Source: Spirochaetia bacterium (lineage in GTDB: Bacteria; Spirochaetota; Spirochaetia; CADAEX01). Taken from it: DNA of 64,000 nt. Under the pieces are notes generated by a model. The model was not told the DNA's origin, ran no database searches, and saw nothing but the letters and a program-made list of their open reading frames with translations. This document shows positions 1 through 8,994 of this stretch, in pieces. The translations under genes and the position numbers were made by a program. Numbering within the stretch: the first letter of the stretch is position 1; every line of letters begins with the position of its first letter. The stretch spans positions 1,120,001 through 1,184,000 of the forward strand of contig OY759746.1 of assembly GCA_963662795.1 (NCBI GenBank), in the 5' to 3' direction.

Positions 1-531
1 AAGGAACACTGGGAACACGCAAACCGGGTGGCTTTTTACGCATATGTTCTTGCCAAAAATTACATAAGAAAAAAGGAAATACTTGATGATGTTTATATCG
101 GCGGAATTCTCCACGACATAGGTAAAATCATATTCTTCAATGCACACCCGACAATGCTTGATAAAATAGCAGACCTCTGCAAAAAAAGAGGAATGGGCAG
201 AAATTTACTTGAGGATCTCTCAGCAGGGCTTAACCACGCTGAAATAGGGGCTCTGATCGCCGAAAAATGGAACTTCCCTGAAGAACTTATTGATTCAATC
301 AAATACCACCATGAGCCTGAAGCAGCTCCTGCTGACAGGCAGGAAATTGTTGAAACAATCTATTTTGCCAATTCAATTGCGAATTATGAAGAAAAGGGAA
401 TCGTCTTTGAACAGATTTCGCATAACATACTTAAAAAGTTCGGAATTACAACAGAAGAACAGCTGAACATAATACTGAGCAAGCTTGCAGAAGCGTTTGA
501 CAGGGAAAATTCAGGGGAGAGACAGAGATAA
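1..531 (+). CDS. HDOD/HD-domain signal transduction protein (5'-truncated by window edge)
   Basis: Frame open from base 1 (KEHWEHANRVAF...). Contains GGILHDIGK, NHAEIGALIAEKWNFP and IKYHH motifs typical of HDOD domains. Confidence 0.85.
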   Translation, partial: KEHWEHANRVAFYAYVLAKNYIRKKEILDDVYIGGILHDIGKIIFFNAHPTMLDKIADLCKKRGMGRNLLEDLSAGLNHAEIGALIAEKWNFPEELIDSIKYHHEPEAAPADRQEIVETIYFANSIANYEEKGIVFEQISHNILKKFGITTEEQLNIILSKLAEAFDRENSGERQR

Positions 532-537
532 ATGCTG

Positions 538-1323
538 TCAGAAATTCCTGATGCTGTTAACCCAGCAGTAAGCAAGTATTCCAAACGCAACTCCTGCGTT
601 AATTGAACCTTTTAATCCGTATTGAGGTATTGTTACAATTCCCCCGTCAGCTTCTGCAGCTGCAAGAGCAGCGGGGCTGACTCCTGTTTCTTCACTGCCT
701 ATTATTACTGTCCCTTTGTCAGGGAATTCAAAAGATTCTATAAGCGTTCCTCCTGTTTCAAGGGCAAAAACCGGTCCCGGCAGTACTTCAGGATTTCCCC
801 TGCTCCAGTTTACTGAACCGGTTGTTCCCATTGAACTTCTTTTTACACGGGGATGAACGGGTGACGGGCTCATAGCAGAAATGAAAATATTTTCAAAGCA
901 GAACGATTCTGCAGTCCTGAAAATTGACCCGACATTAAAAGGGGACCTTAAGCTGTCAATATAGATATTGATCGGCAATACCTTCCTCACATGTTTACTG
1001 CTTTTGTCAAAAGAAAAGCGGTGCAAATCCCATTCCGCAGGTTCTTTGCCGATTTCCGCAAGGAGAATATGCCGGAGAGTTTCAAGCTGATGCAGATCTT
1101 CCTTTTCAAGATATTCCGGCAGTTCTCCGGTCAGGGTATCAAAAATCTCCTTTCTCTCTGCAGTGATATAACCTGAGAGCAAAGCTGATATCTGTTTTAT
1201 ATATGATGAACTGACTCTGCCTCCTTTATAGATTTCATTTTCCGCAGAAAGAAAGATAATGGCGCATTTTTCAGCCCGTTTATCAGGAGATAATTTTTCA
1301 AGTTTTTTTATTGCGAAAAACAT
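538..1323 (-). CDS. TrmH/SpoU family RNA 2'-O-methyltransferase
   Basis: SPOUT motifs DSLRSPFNVGSIFRTA, IIGSEETG and IPQYGLKGSINAGVA. Confidence 0.88.
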   Translation of the reverse strand: MFFAIKKLEKLSPDKRAEKCAIIFLSAENEIYKGGRVSSSYIKQISALLSGYITAERKEIFDTLTGELPEYLEKEDLHQLETLRHILLAEIGKEPAEWDLHRFSFDKSSKHVRKVLPINIYIDSLRSPFNVGSIFRTAESFCFENIFISAMSPSPVHPRVKRSSMGTTGSVNWSRGNPEVLPGPVFALETGGTLIESFEFPDKGTVIIGSEETGVSPAALAAAEADGGIVTIPQYGLKGSINAGVAFGILAYCWVNSIRNF

Positions 1324-1328
1324 CGGAT

Positions 1329-2453
1329 TTAAAGCGCGCCCCTCAGAATTGAGGCAATTTTTTCATCAGTAATATTAAGAGCTGTTTTTACAAATTCAGG
1401 ATATGCGCCTGATAATACAGCTGCAGAGTTTACAGCCTCTTTTCTGATCCCTGTTTCAGTAAGTCTTATCGGAAGGTTTTTCTTTTTTATCATTTTTCTG
1501 ATATCATTTACAAAATATTCACCATCAGTGTCCTCTTCCTTTACCTCACTCACACTGTTTGCGCAGCAGCCGAGAACAGTTTTGGCAATATCTTCGGATT
1601 CTGAAAAATAATATTCAAAAAAATGGGGCAGAAGTATTGTTGAGAGAAATGATGCCGGAACACCCGTAAGACTGTTAAGCACACGGACAAGATAGTAGAT
1701 GCTGCCCGGGCCGAGCAGTGAATAAGCATAATCAATGCATAAAGCTATATCTGAAAGCTCATCAACAGAAAATTCTTTTCCGATTAAAAGCTTTTTCAGT
1801 GAAGATAAAAGAAGACTGTCTGTAAAGAAGTGTCTTTCCCTGAAGCATAACGCCTCAGCAGCGGTAAAGATTATTTCAAACACAATTGAAGAAAGAGAGC
1901 TTTCAGGAATTGAGTCATAAATTGAAGCATCCTTGATTATCAGGGACGGAAAACGCCCTGTATCAACTATTTTTATACCCCTGTTTCTGCTGTCTGCAAC
2001 GGCAGAAAGCTGTGTAAACATTATGGGATTTCTGATCGAGGAGGGAATTTCAATATAATCCAGTGAGATCCGGTTTCCGGGCTTTTTTAAATTGTCAAGA
2101 ATATCATCACACTCAAATCCGCTGTCTGCCGATGCAGCAGCCAGTCTTGCGATATTCAGGGTACGCTGCCCTCCCAAACCGATAACGCATTGAATATATC
2201 CTTTCCTGATAAAATCAGAGAGAATTTCCGCATCCCTTGAAGCTGCCCGTTTATTTATGTCTGTATATAAGACACAATCAATCCCTTTTTTATTCAGCAT
2301 TGCCGAAATCCCGGAAGCTGCGCTGTCCGTAATGTAAGGATCCCTTACCAGGACAGCCCGCCTGCAGCCTGGTTTTAGATATGCCGGGAGTCTGTCAATT
2401 TTTCCCCTTCCGCATAAGATCCGGCTTTTTATATCAATTTTCAGTTCCTGCAT
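1329..2453 (-). CDS. Iron-containing alcohol dehydrogenase-like protein (degenerate metal site)
   Basis: Overall Fe-ADH layout (VIGLGG, IEIPSS, C-terminal LPIRLTETGI), but the His ligands are missing. Confidence 0.65.
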   Translation of the reverse strand: MQELKIDIKSRILCGRGKIDRLPAYLKPGCRRAVLVRDPYITDSAASGISAMLNKKGIDCVLYTDINKRAASRDAEILSDFIRKGYIQCVIGLGGQRTLNIARLAAASADSGFECDDILDNLKKPGNRISLDYIEIPSSIRNPIMFTQLSAVADSRNRGIKIVDTGRFPSLIIKDASIYDSIPESSLSSIVFEIIFTAAEALCFRERHFFTDSLLLSSLKKLLIGKEFSVDELSDIALCIDYAYSLLGPGSIYYLVRVLNSLTGVPASFLSTILLPHFFEYYFSESEDIAKTVLGCCANSVSEVKEEDTDGEYFVNDIRKMIKKKNLPIRLTETGIRKEAVNSAAVLSGAYPEFVKTALNITDEKIASILRGAL

Positions 2454-2489
2454 AAAAGTTCTCTCCAGACACTATTAAATTGCATAATT

Positions 2490-2526
2490 AAAAAAAAAGC
2501 AGAGAAATGATATTTCATTCTCTGCT
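2490..2526 (-). terminator. Rho-independent terminator after flgM
   Basis: GCAGAGAA/TTCTCTGC stem followed by a T-run on the minus strand. Confidence 0.7.
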
Positions 2527-2551
2527 GTAATCAAACTGTTTAATATTACTC

Positions 2552-2836
2552 TTAAATTTCAAACATATCAATAATTTTATCTGCAACAGAATTTATTACT
2601 GCGTCATTAATATAGTCGGGATCGCTCATTTTTCTTCTTACTTCTTCAACCCTGTCCATTCTTATATCAGGAGACTGTTTTACAGCTTCCGCTGCCTTTA
2701 AAAGCTCTCCCATAACCCTGGCTTCCGACGATACGCTTATTGAGTCATTTTCTGTCTTATTAGACGATTTAACGGGTTTTTCCGGTTTATTGTAATTCTG
2801 TACAGGATTTATCGATCCAAGCTTATCAATCGTCAT
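2552..2836 (-). CDS. flgM: Anti-sigma-28 factor FlgM
   Basis: 94 aa with DSISVSSEA, PDIRMDRVEEVR and Y..D....VADKII motifs; SD AAGGAAGG. Confidence 0.85.
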   Translation of the reverse strand: MTIDKLGSINPVQNYNKPEKPVKSSNKTENDSISVSSEARVMGELLKAAEAVKQSPDIRMDRVEEVRRKMSDPDYINDAVINSVADKIIDMFEI

Positions 2837-2858
2837 ATTTACCTTCCTTACATTAGGT

Positions 2859-2886
2859 ATATCGACATTCTTTACCTTGAAATTTA
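2859..2886 (-). promoter_or_regulatory. Putative sigma-28 promoter of flgM
   Basis: TAAA-N16-GTCGATAT on the minus strand, similar to the TAAA-N15/16-GCCGATAA consensus. Confidence 0.5.
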
Positions 2887-3564
2887 ATCATATTTTTTTT
2901 CACATACCATGATAGAGAACTCACCTTGAATTTTACTTCTTCCGGCCAGAATGTCAATGATATCTACAGCTGTTCCGCTTAAAATTTCCTCAAACTTCTT
3001 GGTAAGCTCCCTGCCGGCGATAATTTTTCTCTCCGGGGCAAGTTCTTTCAGGTCTTCAAGAAGCTTAAGCACCCGGTAGGGGGATTCATACACGACAAAA
3101 CTTTCATCCCTTTCAAGAAGCTCAGCAAGCCTTCCCCGTCTCTTCCCCTTCTTCGGAGACAGGAACCCGTCAAAAGTAATTCCCCTCCCCGCTGCCCCGC
3201 TTATGCTTACAAGCGCAGTAAATGCCGATACTCCCGGGATAGGGACAATATCAAACCCTTTTTCCCTGCACCTGCGGACAAGGGCCCCGCCGGGGTCGCT
3301 AATTCCCGGAGTACCTGCGTCGCTTACATAGGCTACATTTTCACCACTCTCAAGATGAGAAAGTATCTTACTGACTCCTTTTTCCTCATCAGCCGCGTAA
3401 TAGCTTATAAGGGGTTTTTTTATCTCATATCTGTTTAAAAGCACCCTTGTGTGTCTTGTATCTTCACATGCAATTACATCTGCGTTTTTAAGGGTTTCAA
3501 CCGCGCGGAATGTAATGTCATCAAGATTGCCGATAGGAGTTGCGACAATAAAAAGTGTTCCCAT
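2884..3564 (-). CDS. rsmI: 16S rRNA (cytidine-1402-2'-O)-methyltransferase
   Basis: VATPIGNLDDIT, ACEDTRHT, SDAGTPGISDPG, YESPYR and RELTKKFEE motifs. Confidence 0.95.
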   Translation of the reverse strand: MGTLFIVATPIGNLDDITFRAVETLKNADVIACEDTRHTRVLLNRYEIKKPLISYYAADEEKGVSKILSHLESGENVAYVSDAGTPGISDPGGALVRRCREKGFDIVPIPGVSAFTALVSISGAAGRGITFDGFLSPKKGKRRGRLAELLERDESFVVYESPYRVLKLLEDLKELAPERKIIAGRELTKKFEEILSGTAVDIIDILAGRSKIQGEFSIMVCEKKYD

Positions 3565-3608
3565 AAAAATACTCTAATATTTTATATGATTTACAGCAAC
3601 TCTATTTT

Positions 3609-4040
3609 ATGGATAATGTAACTGAGAACAAAATGGAATATATAGTAATTGCTTTTTTACTTATTCTTATAATAGTACTGGCAGGAATAAAGCTCGGTTC
3701 CGCCGGTAATAATGCTCCTGATAATGCAGGAAAGCCCTCTTTAGAGGATAAACCCTCCGGAGAAGAAAAACCATCAAAGTTTTGCCCCATCTGCGGCTCT
3801 GCGCTTAAAAAGGGAGAAACAGTAAAATCAAAGGTATATCCTGGGCGAGGAGTGGACAGCCTGATGGATGTTTACGGCTGTCCCAGATGTATTCCGCCGG
3901 AAGGCAGGGAGAAAAGAATATGCCCTGTGTGTAAAAAAGAGCTTCCTCCTGACGGATATGTTATCGGCCGCTATTTTGTACGTCCGGGAAAGAAAAGACA
4001 TCTGCATGTACTTGGCTGCACACTCTGCAGAAAAGGATAA
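3609..4040 (+). CDS. Membrane-anchored hypothetical protein with four CxxC motifs
   Basis: N-terminal hydrophobic helix; CPIC, CPRC, CPVC and CTLC. Confidence 0.7.
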   Translation: MDNVTENKMEYIVIAFLLILIIVLAGIKLGSAGNNAPDNAGKPSLEDKPSGEEKPSKFCPICGSALKKGETVKSKVYPGRGVDSLMDVYGCPRCIPPEGREKRICPVCKKELPPDGYVIGRYFVRPGKKRHLHVLGCTLCRKG

Positions 4041-4107
4041 AAAAGGAGGGCACCCCTTATAAAGAGAAATGCCCTCTAAAACCAGCCTTGAATTCCGGAT
4101 TATAAAC

Positions 4108-5757
4108 TTATCTGGTAAGCCAGAGTATCCTGTCCGCAATATATGCTACATGTTCGTTTATCCTGTTAAAATAATTTATCAGGTCTAAATGGACAGACGA
4201 TGTTCCGATCGATTCTTTAAGCCCTTTCTGGAGTCTCTCTATATGAAGTCTTTTGAATCTTGTTTCATCAAGTTCTGCGTACTTTTCTCCGATCTTCTTT
4301 GCCGCAACCGAATCTTCATTAATAAGAGCTTCCACAAGTCTTTCTATATTTTCATTGACCTTTCCGTGAAGCTCCTTAAGTTCTTTAAGACCCTCAGCTG
4401 AAAAAGTCAGGTCCTGATCAATCATTTTTCTCGCCAGTACCATTATATTTTTATCAATCACATCCCCGATTGATTCAAGTTCATTTTCGATATACAGAAA
4501 ATTGATACTTCTCTTGGAGTCTTCTACTCCCATCTCCTTCTGGGATATTTTTGCAAGAAAGAGGATTATTGTCTTGTGGAGAAGATCAACCTTTGAGTCT
4601 GTATCACAGATTTCCCTTATTACTTTCGGGTCTTTTTTAATAAATGCAAGCTCAACCTTGCTGAACATCTCCTTGATAAGGTCCGCAACAACCAGAATTT
4701 CTTTTTTAGACATTTCAAGCGCGATTTCGACACTTCCGTCAATCAGCTGTTCATGGAGATATTTAACACTGAACGGTTTTTCACTTTCCTTCGGAGGAAC
4801 CATTTTCACAAACAAACCGACAATAAAATCAAGAAAAGGGATGATGATTATATGATTTATTATGGGCATGAATGTAAAACCTACAGCTATTTCCCTGGCC
4901 AGGCTGTCAGTATTCAACACTGTGGTTGTGAACCATTTAATCATCCATATGAAAAGACGCTCACCGTTAAAAGGAATTATCAGGAGAATATATACCCAGA
5001 TTACTCCTATTGCCTGAAAGAAAACATGTACGTAGGCAGATCTTTTTGCTTCCCAGTTAAGGGCCAGACTCCCGAGTACAGCAGTGATACATGTCCCTAC
5101 CGCAGCTCCAAGGTTTATAGGAACAGCCTGTTCAAGGGTAATTGTCCCTGCCATAGCCATCGCGATTGTAAGGCCGCTTGTCGCACCTGAAGACTGGATT
5201 ATCATTGTAAAGAAAAGACCAAGCAATATACCCAGGGCAGGTGTTTCAACCCGCATCATAAGATCCATAAAAGGCTTATATTCCCTTAACGGCTTTAAAG
5301 AGTCGGACATCATATTCATACCGAGAAAAAGAAGACCGAATCCAAAAATCGCAAGGGCTGTATTATTGCCTTTTTTGGTTTTTGCGACAAGCGATGTAAA
5401 AAAACCGCCCGCAATGATGATAGTCGCGAATTTTGATATGGAAGGGAACGCAATCAGATGGGCCAGAAATGTTGAACCAAGTTCAGATCCCAGTGTCACG
5501 GCAAGACTCTGCTGAAAAGTCATAAGCCCCGCCCCTACAAGCGCTGCCTCAAGCACTGTTGTTGCTGATGATGACTGATTTACCATTGTGACACCAAGCC
5601 CTGTCAGGTAGCCCCTGAACCTGCTTTTTGTAAGTGTCAGCATGACTGACTTCATTTTCTCGCCGGCGATTGAAGTCAGATTTTTATTCATGACTATCAT
5701 GCCGTAAAGAAAAACAGCAAGTCCTCCTATTAGAGTGAACAAATTCCAGATACTCAT
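4108..5757 (-). CDS. Na+/phosphate cotransporter with C-terminal PhoU domains (NptA/YjbB type)
   Basis: Two QSSSA/QSSGA repeats, GGLAVFLYGM, LGAAVGT, and PhoU-like ELESIGDVID. Confidence 0.92.
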   Translation of the reverse strand: MSIWNLFTLIGGLAVFLYGMIVMNKNLTSIAGEKMKSVMLTLTKSRFRGYLTGLGVTMVNQSSSATTVLEAALVGAGLMTFQQSLAVTLGSELGSTFLAHLIAFPSISKFATIIIAGGFFTSLVAKTKKGNNTALAIFGFGLLFLGMNMMSDSLKPLREYKPFMDLMMRVETPALGILLGLFFTMIIQSSGATSGLTIAMAMAGTITLEQAVPINLGAAVGTCITAVLGSLALNWEAKRSAYVHVFFQAIGVIWVYILLIIPFNGERLFIWMIKWFTTTVLNTDSLAREIAVGFTFMPIINHIIIIPFLDFIVGLFVKMVPPKESEKPFSVKYLHEQLIDGSVEIALEMSKKEILVVADLIKEMFSKVELAFIKKDPKVIREICDTDSKVDLLHKTIILFLAKISQKEMGVEDSKRSINFLYIENELESIGDVIDKNIMVLARKMIDQDLTFSAEGLKELKELHGKVNENIERLVEALINEDSVAAKKIGEKYAELDETRFKRLHIERLQKGLKESIGTSSVHLDLINYFNRINEHVAYIADRILWLTR

Positions 5758-5895
5758 TATTCTTCTCCTGTTGTATTAATTACGGAAACCCGGATTCCCG
5801 AATGTTTCACGATAAGCAAATTTCACTGATGCAAAACTCATAAATTTATATTGCATCTGAATTTTCAGTTTCTTAGGTGCTTTTAGAGCATGCAG

Positions 5896-6492
5896 CTAAA
5901 CTGCAGCACCAAGATTAATTTTTGTCAGTGAATTAAATATTCGTTCATTTATCTGGTTTAGTTTTTCAAAAAAATCCCAGTTTAATAATGAATTACGGCT
6001 GTCCTGATCCTGCCGGTTAAGTCTTAAAAACTCAACAAAGGATTTCTGCAGGTTTCTATTATCCGCAGATATTTCCTCAATAAACAATCTGCTGTCTGAA
6101 ACAGTACCCGGCAGGATCTCAGTAAAATATTTTTTTATTTTTTCAAGGATAAGGATTTCCTGTTTTAACAGTAAATCAAAAGAAATACGATTTCCGGCAA
6201 TCCTGATTTTTTCGGTAAAAATAACCATCTCAGAAAAAAGGGATTTTAATTCTGTTTCAATTGAAAAAAAATCTTTCCACCAGAAGGGAAGAATATAATC
6301 ATCCATTGAATTTACTACTGCATAAAAATATTCTGAAAACTCATTTTCATTACGTTCAAGCTCTTCAGCACTCTTGCCGGTATTCACACTGACAGCAAGC
6401 TGGATGAGCTTATTGAGAGAAGCTTCTGCTACTTCTTCAAGTTTTGCCTTTTTTCCAAATAGATTTTTTTCAAACGGTATATTGATTTTCAT
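5896..6492 (-). CDS. Hypothetical protein, degenerate DUF47/PhoU-like
   Basis: About 200 aa and helical. YILPFWWKDF aligns with DUF47 FITPxDREDI. SD AGGAG. Confidence 0.5.
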   Translation of the reverse strand: MKINIPFEKNLFGKKAKLEEVAEASLNKLIQLAVSVNTGKSAEELERNENEFSEYFYAVVNSMDDYILPFWWKDFFSIETELKSLFSEMVIFTEKIRIAGNRISFDLLLKQEILILEKIKKYFTEILPGTVSDSRLFIEEISADNRNLQKSFVEFLRLNRQDQDSRNSLLNWDFFEKLNQINERIFNSLTKINLGAAV

Positions 6493-6558
6493 ATATTCTC
6501 CTGATATTTTTGCAAATTATTCCGGCTTGTCCGGAAAGAAAAAGCTCCATAATATAGT

Positions 6559-6593
6559 GATAAATGCCGGATTTAACAAATCCGGCATTTATC
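6559..6593. repeat. Perfect 16-bp inverted repeat
   Basis: GATAAATGCCGGATTT-AAC-AAATCCGGCATTTATC. Confidence 0.9.
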
Positions 6594-6667
6594 GTACAGG
6601 AACTTACTCTATAGCTTTATCCGGCAAAACCGGCAAAACTCCATTACTTTATCCATCAAACCCATCG

Positions 6668-7312
6668 TCAAAGATTTGTAGCGATATAAATTTTCCCAAG
6701 TACACCCTGTATCTCTTCGTTTGATGAATTTATCTGTTCAAAAAGTTCAAGAATTTTCATTCTTGATCCTGGATCTCCGGATCTTTCTTCATAAATTGTG
6801 TTAAGCCTTGAAAAATATATTTTCATAAATTCTTTCATCGCATACTGGTTATTAACCATTATCTGATAAGCGTATTTTCTGTTTACCGAATATTCATTGA
6901 TAAAATTTACGATGTTACGAAGTATTTTTTTCTCATGCTCATAAAACGAAGCATAGGAATCTTCATTTTTATAAATCTGTATTTTATTGAACACCATTAC
7001 TATCTGATTCAGGAGCTTTCTTGTATAATCACTAATCAGGAGTAGCTCATTCCAGCATAAAGGCAGGTAGTGTTTCCTGTTAATAATTTCAACTATTTTT
7101 CCGGTTTGATTTTCCATCGCAGTTTCATAATCATATATTTTGTTTGCTGTGATGAACGGGTCAAAATCATTGCTGCTCTTTTCCATAATCCCGATTACAG
7201 ATAGAACAATATCAATATTCTCAGTTATAGATTTTTCCAGATCTGCCTTTTTTCTGAATATATTATTAAACATCTTTTTTTCCCTCAACAAAGTTATGCC
7301 GACCGAGTCCAT
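6668..7312 (-). CDS. Hypothetical protein, degenerate DUF47/PhoU-like
   Basis: KIYDYETAMENQTGKIVEIINRKHYLPLCWNEL follows the DUF47 pattern. SD GGAGG. Confidence 0.5.
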   Translation of the reverse strand: MDSVGITLLREKKMFNNIFRKKADLEKSITENIDIVLSVIGIMEKSSNDFDPFITANKIYDYETAMENQTGKIVEIINRKHYLPLCWNELLLISDYTRKLLNQIVMVFNKIQIYKNEDSYASFYEHEKKILRNIVNFINEYSVNRKYAYQIMVNNQYAMKEFMKIYFSRLNTIYEERSGDPGSRMKILELFEQINSSNEEIQGVLGKIYIATNL

Positions 7313-7341
7313 TTTTTTCCTCCAGTAAACTCATTTATCTA

Positions 7342-7359
7342 TTGCATAATCCGTGCCAG
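7342..7359 (-). promoter_or_regulatory. Sigma-54 (-24/-12) promoter
   Basis: CTGGCACGGATTATGCAA on the minus strand (GG-N10-GC), about 30 nt before the ATG at 7312. Confidence 0.85.
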
Positions 7360-7520
7360 AAAACAAAGAGTGACGTTTAATTTTTACCTATTTTATTTTA
7401 AATAATATAAATACTTACATAATAATGAGTTATAGAATTTATTAGTGTGTATACCTATCAATAATTATAATTTTGAATAAGAATGGTAAATTATGAAAAC
7501 ATGTTTAATAACACTGCAAT

Positions 7521-7558
7521 TGTAAAATTTCTTTTCATGCATGTAAAAAGAATATACA
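7521..7558. promoter_or_regulatory. Tandem putative enhancer (UAS) dyads
   Basis: TGTAAAATTTCTTTTCA and TGTAAAAAGAATATACA, 21 bp apart, upstream of the sigma-54 promoter. Confidence 0.55.
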
Positions 7559-7583
7559 CATAATGTTCACGCGATCTGCTTTT

Positions 7584-8984
7584 TCAGGTATCCCCGGATT
7601 CCTTCGTCTCTTCCGGCAGATTCATTTTTTTTGCAAGAGTAACCCTGCTTATACCGAGTATTTTAGCCATGGCTGACTTATTAAAATTCTGCTCCCGGCC
7701 TATCCTGTCTATCATTATTTTTTCCAGTTTGTCATACAGGAGCGGTAAAAGATTATCAGAAGTCCTGTGTTCATTACAAAAATAATTAACAGCCTTCTCC
7801 AGTAAATTCAGCGGCGGCATACTTACAAGCCGCACCTGCATATCATGCAGAGACAGGGATGGTCCCTGTGCGTTTATACATATACTTGTAAGCAGATTTT
7901 CCAGCTCTCTCACGTTACCAGGCCAGTCATACGCGGTAAATTCAGACATAAGATCACTGGCTATCGACGTAAATATCTTATTTAATTTATATGATGCATT
8001 CTTCAGGAAAAAATCAGCAAGCACCGGAATATCTTCTTTCCTGTCCCTCAATGGGGGAATTACAATTTTTGCAACATTTATCCTGTAATATAAATCTTCG
8101 CGAAAACGGCCTGTTTTAACCTCATCATGCAGGTTTCTGTTTGTCGCGGTTATTACCCTTGCCTTTAGTTTTATGTTTTTAAGGCCGCCCATCCGCTGAT
8201 ATTCCTTCTCCTGAAGTACCCTTAGAAGTTTTGTCTGAATCTGCAGCGGCATGTCGCCGATCTCATCCAGGAAAATTGTCCCCTCACCCGCTGCTTCAAA
8301 CTTGCCGATTTTAAGCGATACTGCGCCTGTGAAAGCCTGCGGCTCATGACCGAAGAGTTCATTATCAAGAAGGGATTCGGTCAGCCCGGAACAGTTCACC
8401 GCGATAAAAGGTTCATTTTTTCTGTTGCCGTTAAAATGCAGCGCCCGGGCCAGAAGTTCTTTCCCGGTTCCGCTCTCCCCTGTGATATGCACAACAACAT
8501 CATTATTAACAAGCCGTCCTACGGATTTAAATACATCCTGCATAAGAACCGAATTCCCGATAATTTTTTTCAGTTCATAATTTCTGATATTTTCAGATCG
8601 GATAGTGTTAACATATTTACTCAATTTTCTGGATTCGACAGCCCGTTTCGCCAGAATTGATATTTTATCAATATCAAGCGGTTTCTCTATATAATCATAA
8701 GCACCAAGTGAAGTTGCCTCAATTATTGTTTCAAAATTTCCATGCGCTGTAATCATGATAACCGGGACACCAGGGTCCAGTTTTTTTAGGGATTTCAGAA
8801 TGGCAAGACCGTCTTCACCCGGCATTCTGTAATCAAGAAACACAAGATCCACTTCACGGCTTGAAAAAATATCAAGACCTTCTTTACCGTTATATCCATT
8901 AAAAACTTCATGTTCACTGCTGAATAATTGAGTAAAGCTTTTCTGTATATTTTTATCATCATCTATAACAAGTATTGCCGCCAT
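7584..8984 (-). CDS. Sigma-54-dependent response regulator (NtrC family)
   Basis: Receiver (VIDDD, LDYRMP, KP), AAA+ (GESGTGKE, QAFTGA, FLDEIGD, FREDLYYR, WPGNVREL) and Fis-type HTH. Start placed at MAAILV. Confidence 0.95.
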   Translation of the reverse strand: MAAILVIDDDKNIQKSFTQLFSSEHEVFNGYNGKEGLDIFSSREVDLVFLDYRMPGEDGLAILKSLKKLDPGVPVIMITAHGNFETIIEATSLGAYDYIEKPLDIDKISILAKRAVESRKLSKYVNTIRSENIRNYELKKIIGNSVLMQDVFKSVGRLVNNDVVVHITGESGTGKELLARALHFNGNRKNEPFIAVNCSGLTESLLDNELFGHEPQAFTGAVSLKIGKFEAAGEGTIFLDEIGDMPLQIQTKLLRVLQEKEYQRMGGLKNIKLKARVITATNRNLHDEVKTGRFREDLYYRINVAKIVIPPLRDRKEDIPVLADFFLKNASYKLNKIFTSIASDLMSEFTAYDWPGNVRELENLLTSICINAQGPSLSLHDMQVRLVSMPPLNLLEKAVNYFCNEHRTSDNLLPLLYDKLEKIMIDRIGREQNFNKSAMAKILGISRVTLAKKMNLPEETKESGDT

Positions 8985-8994
8985 ATCCAGCCCC

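Noticed and set aside
8320-8350. QAFTGA instead of GAFTGA in the enhancer-binding protein
   Set aside because: The first position tolerates variation and the F-T core is intact, so it is not evidence of sigma-54 independence.
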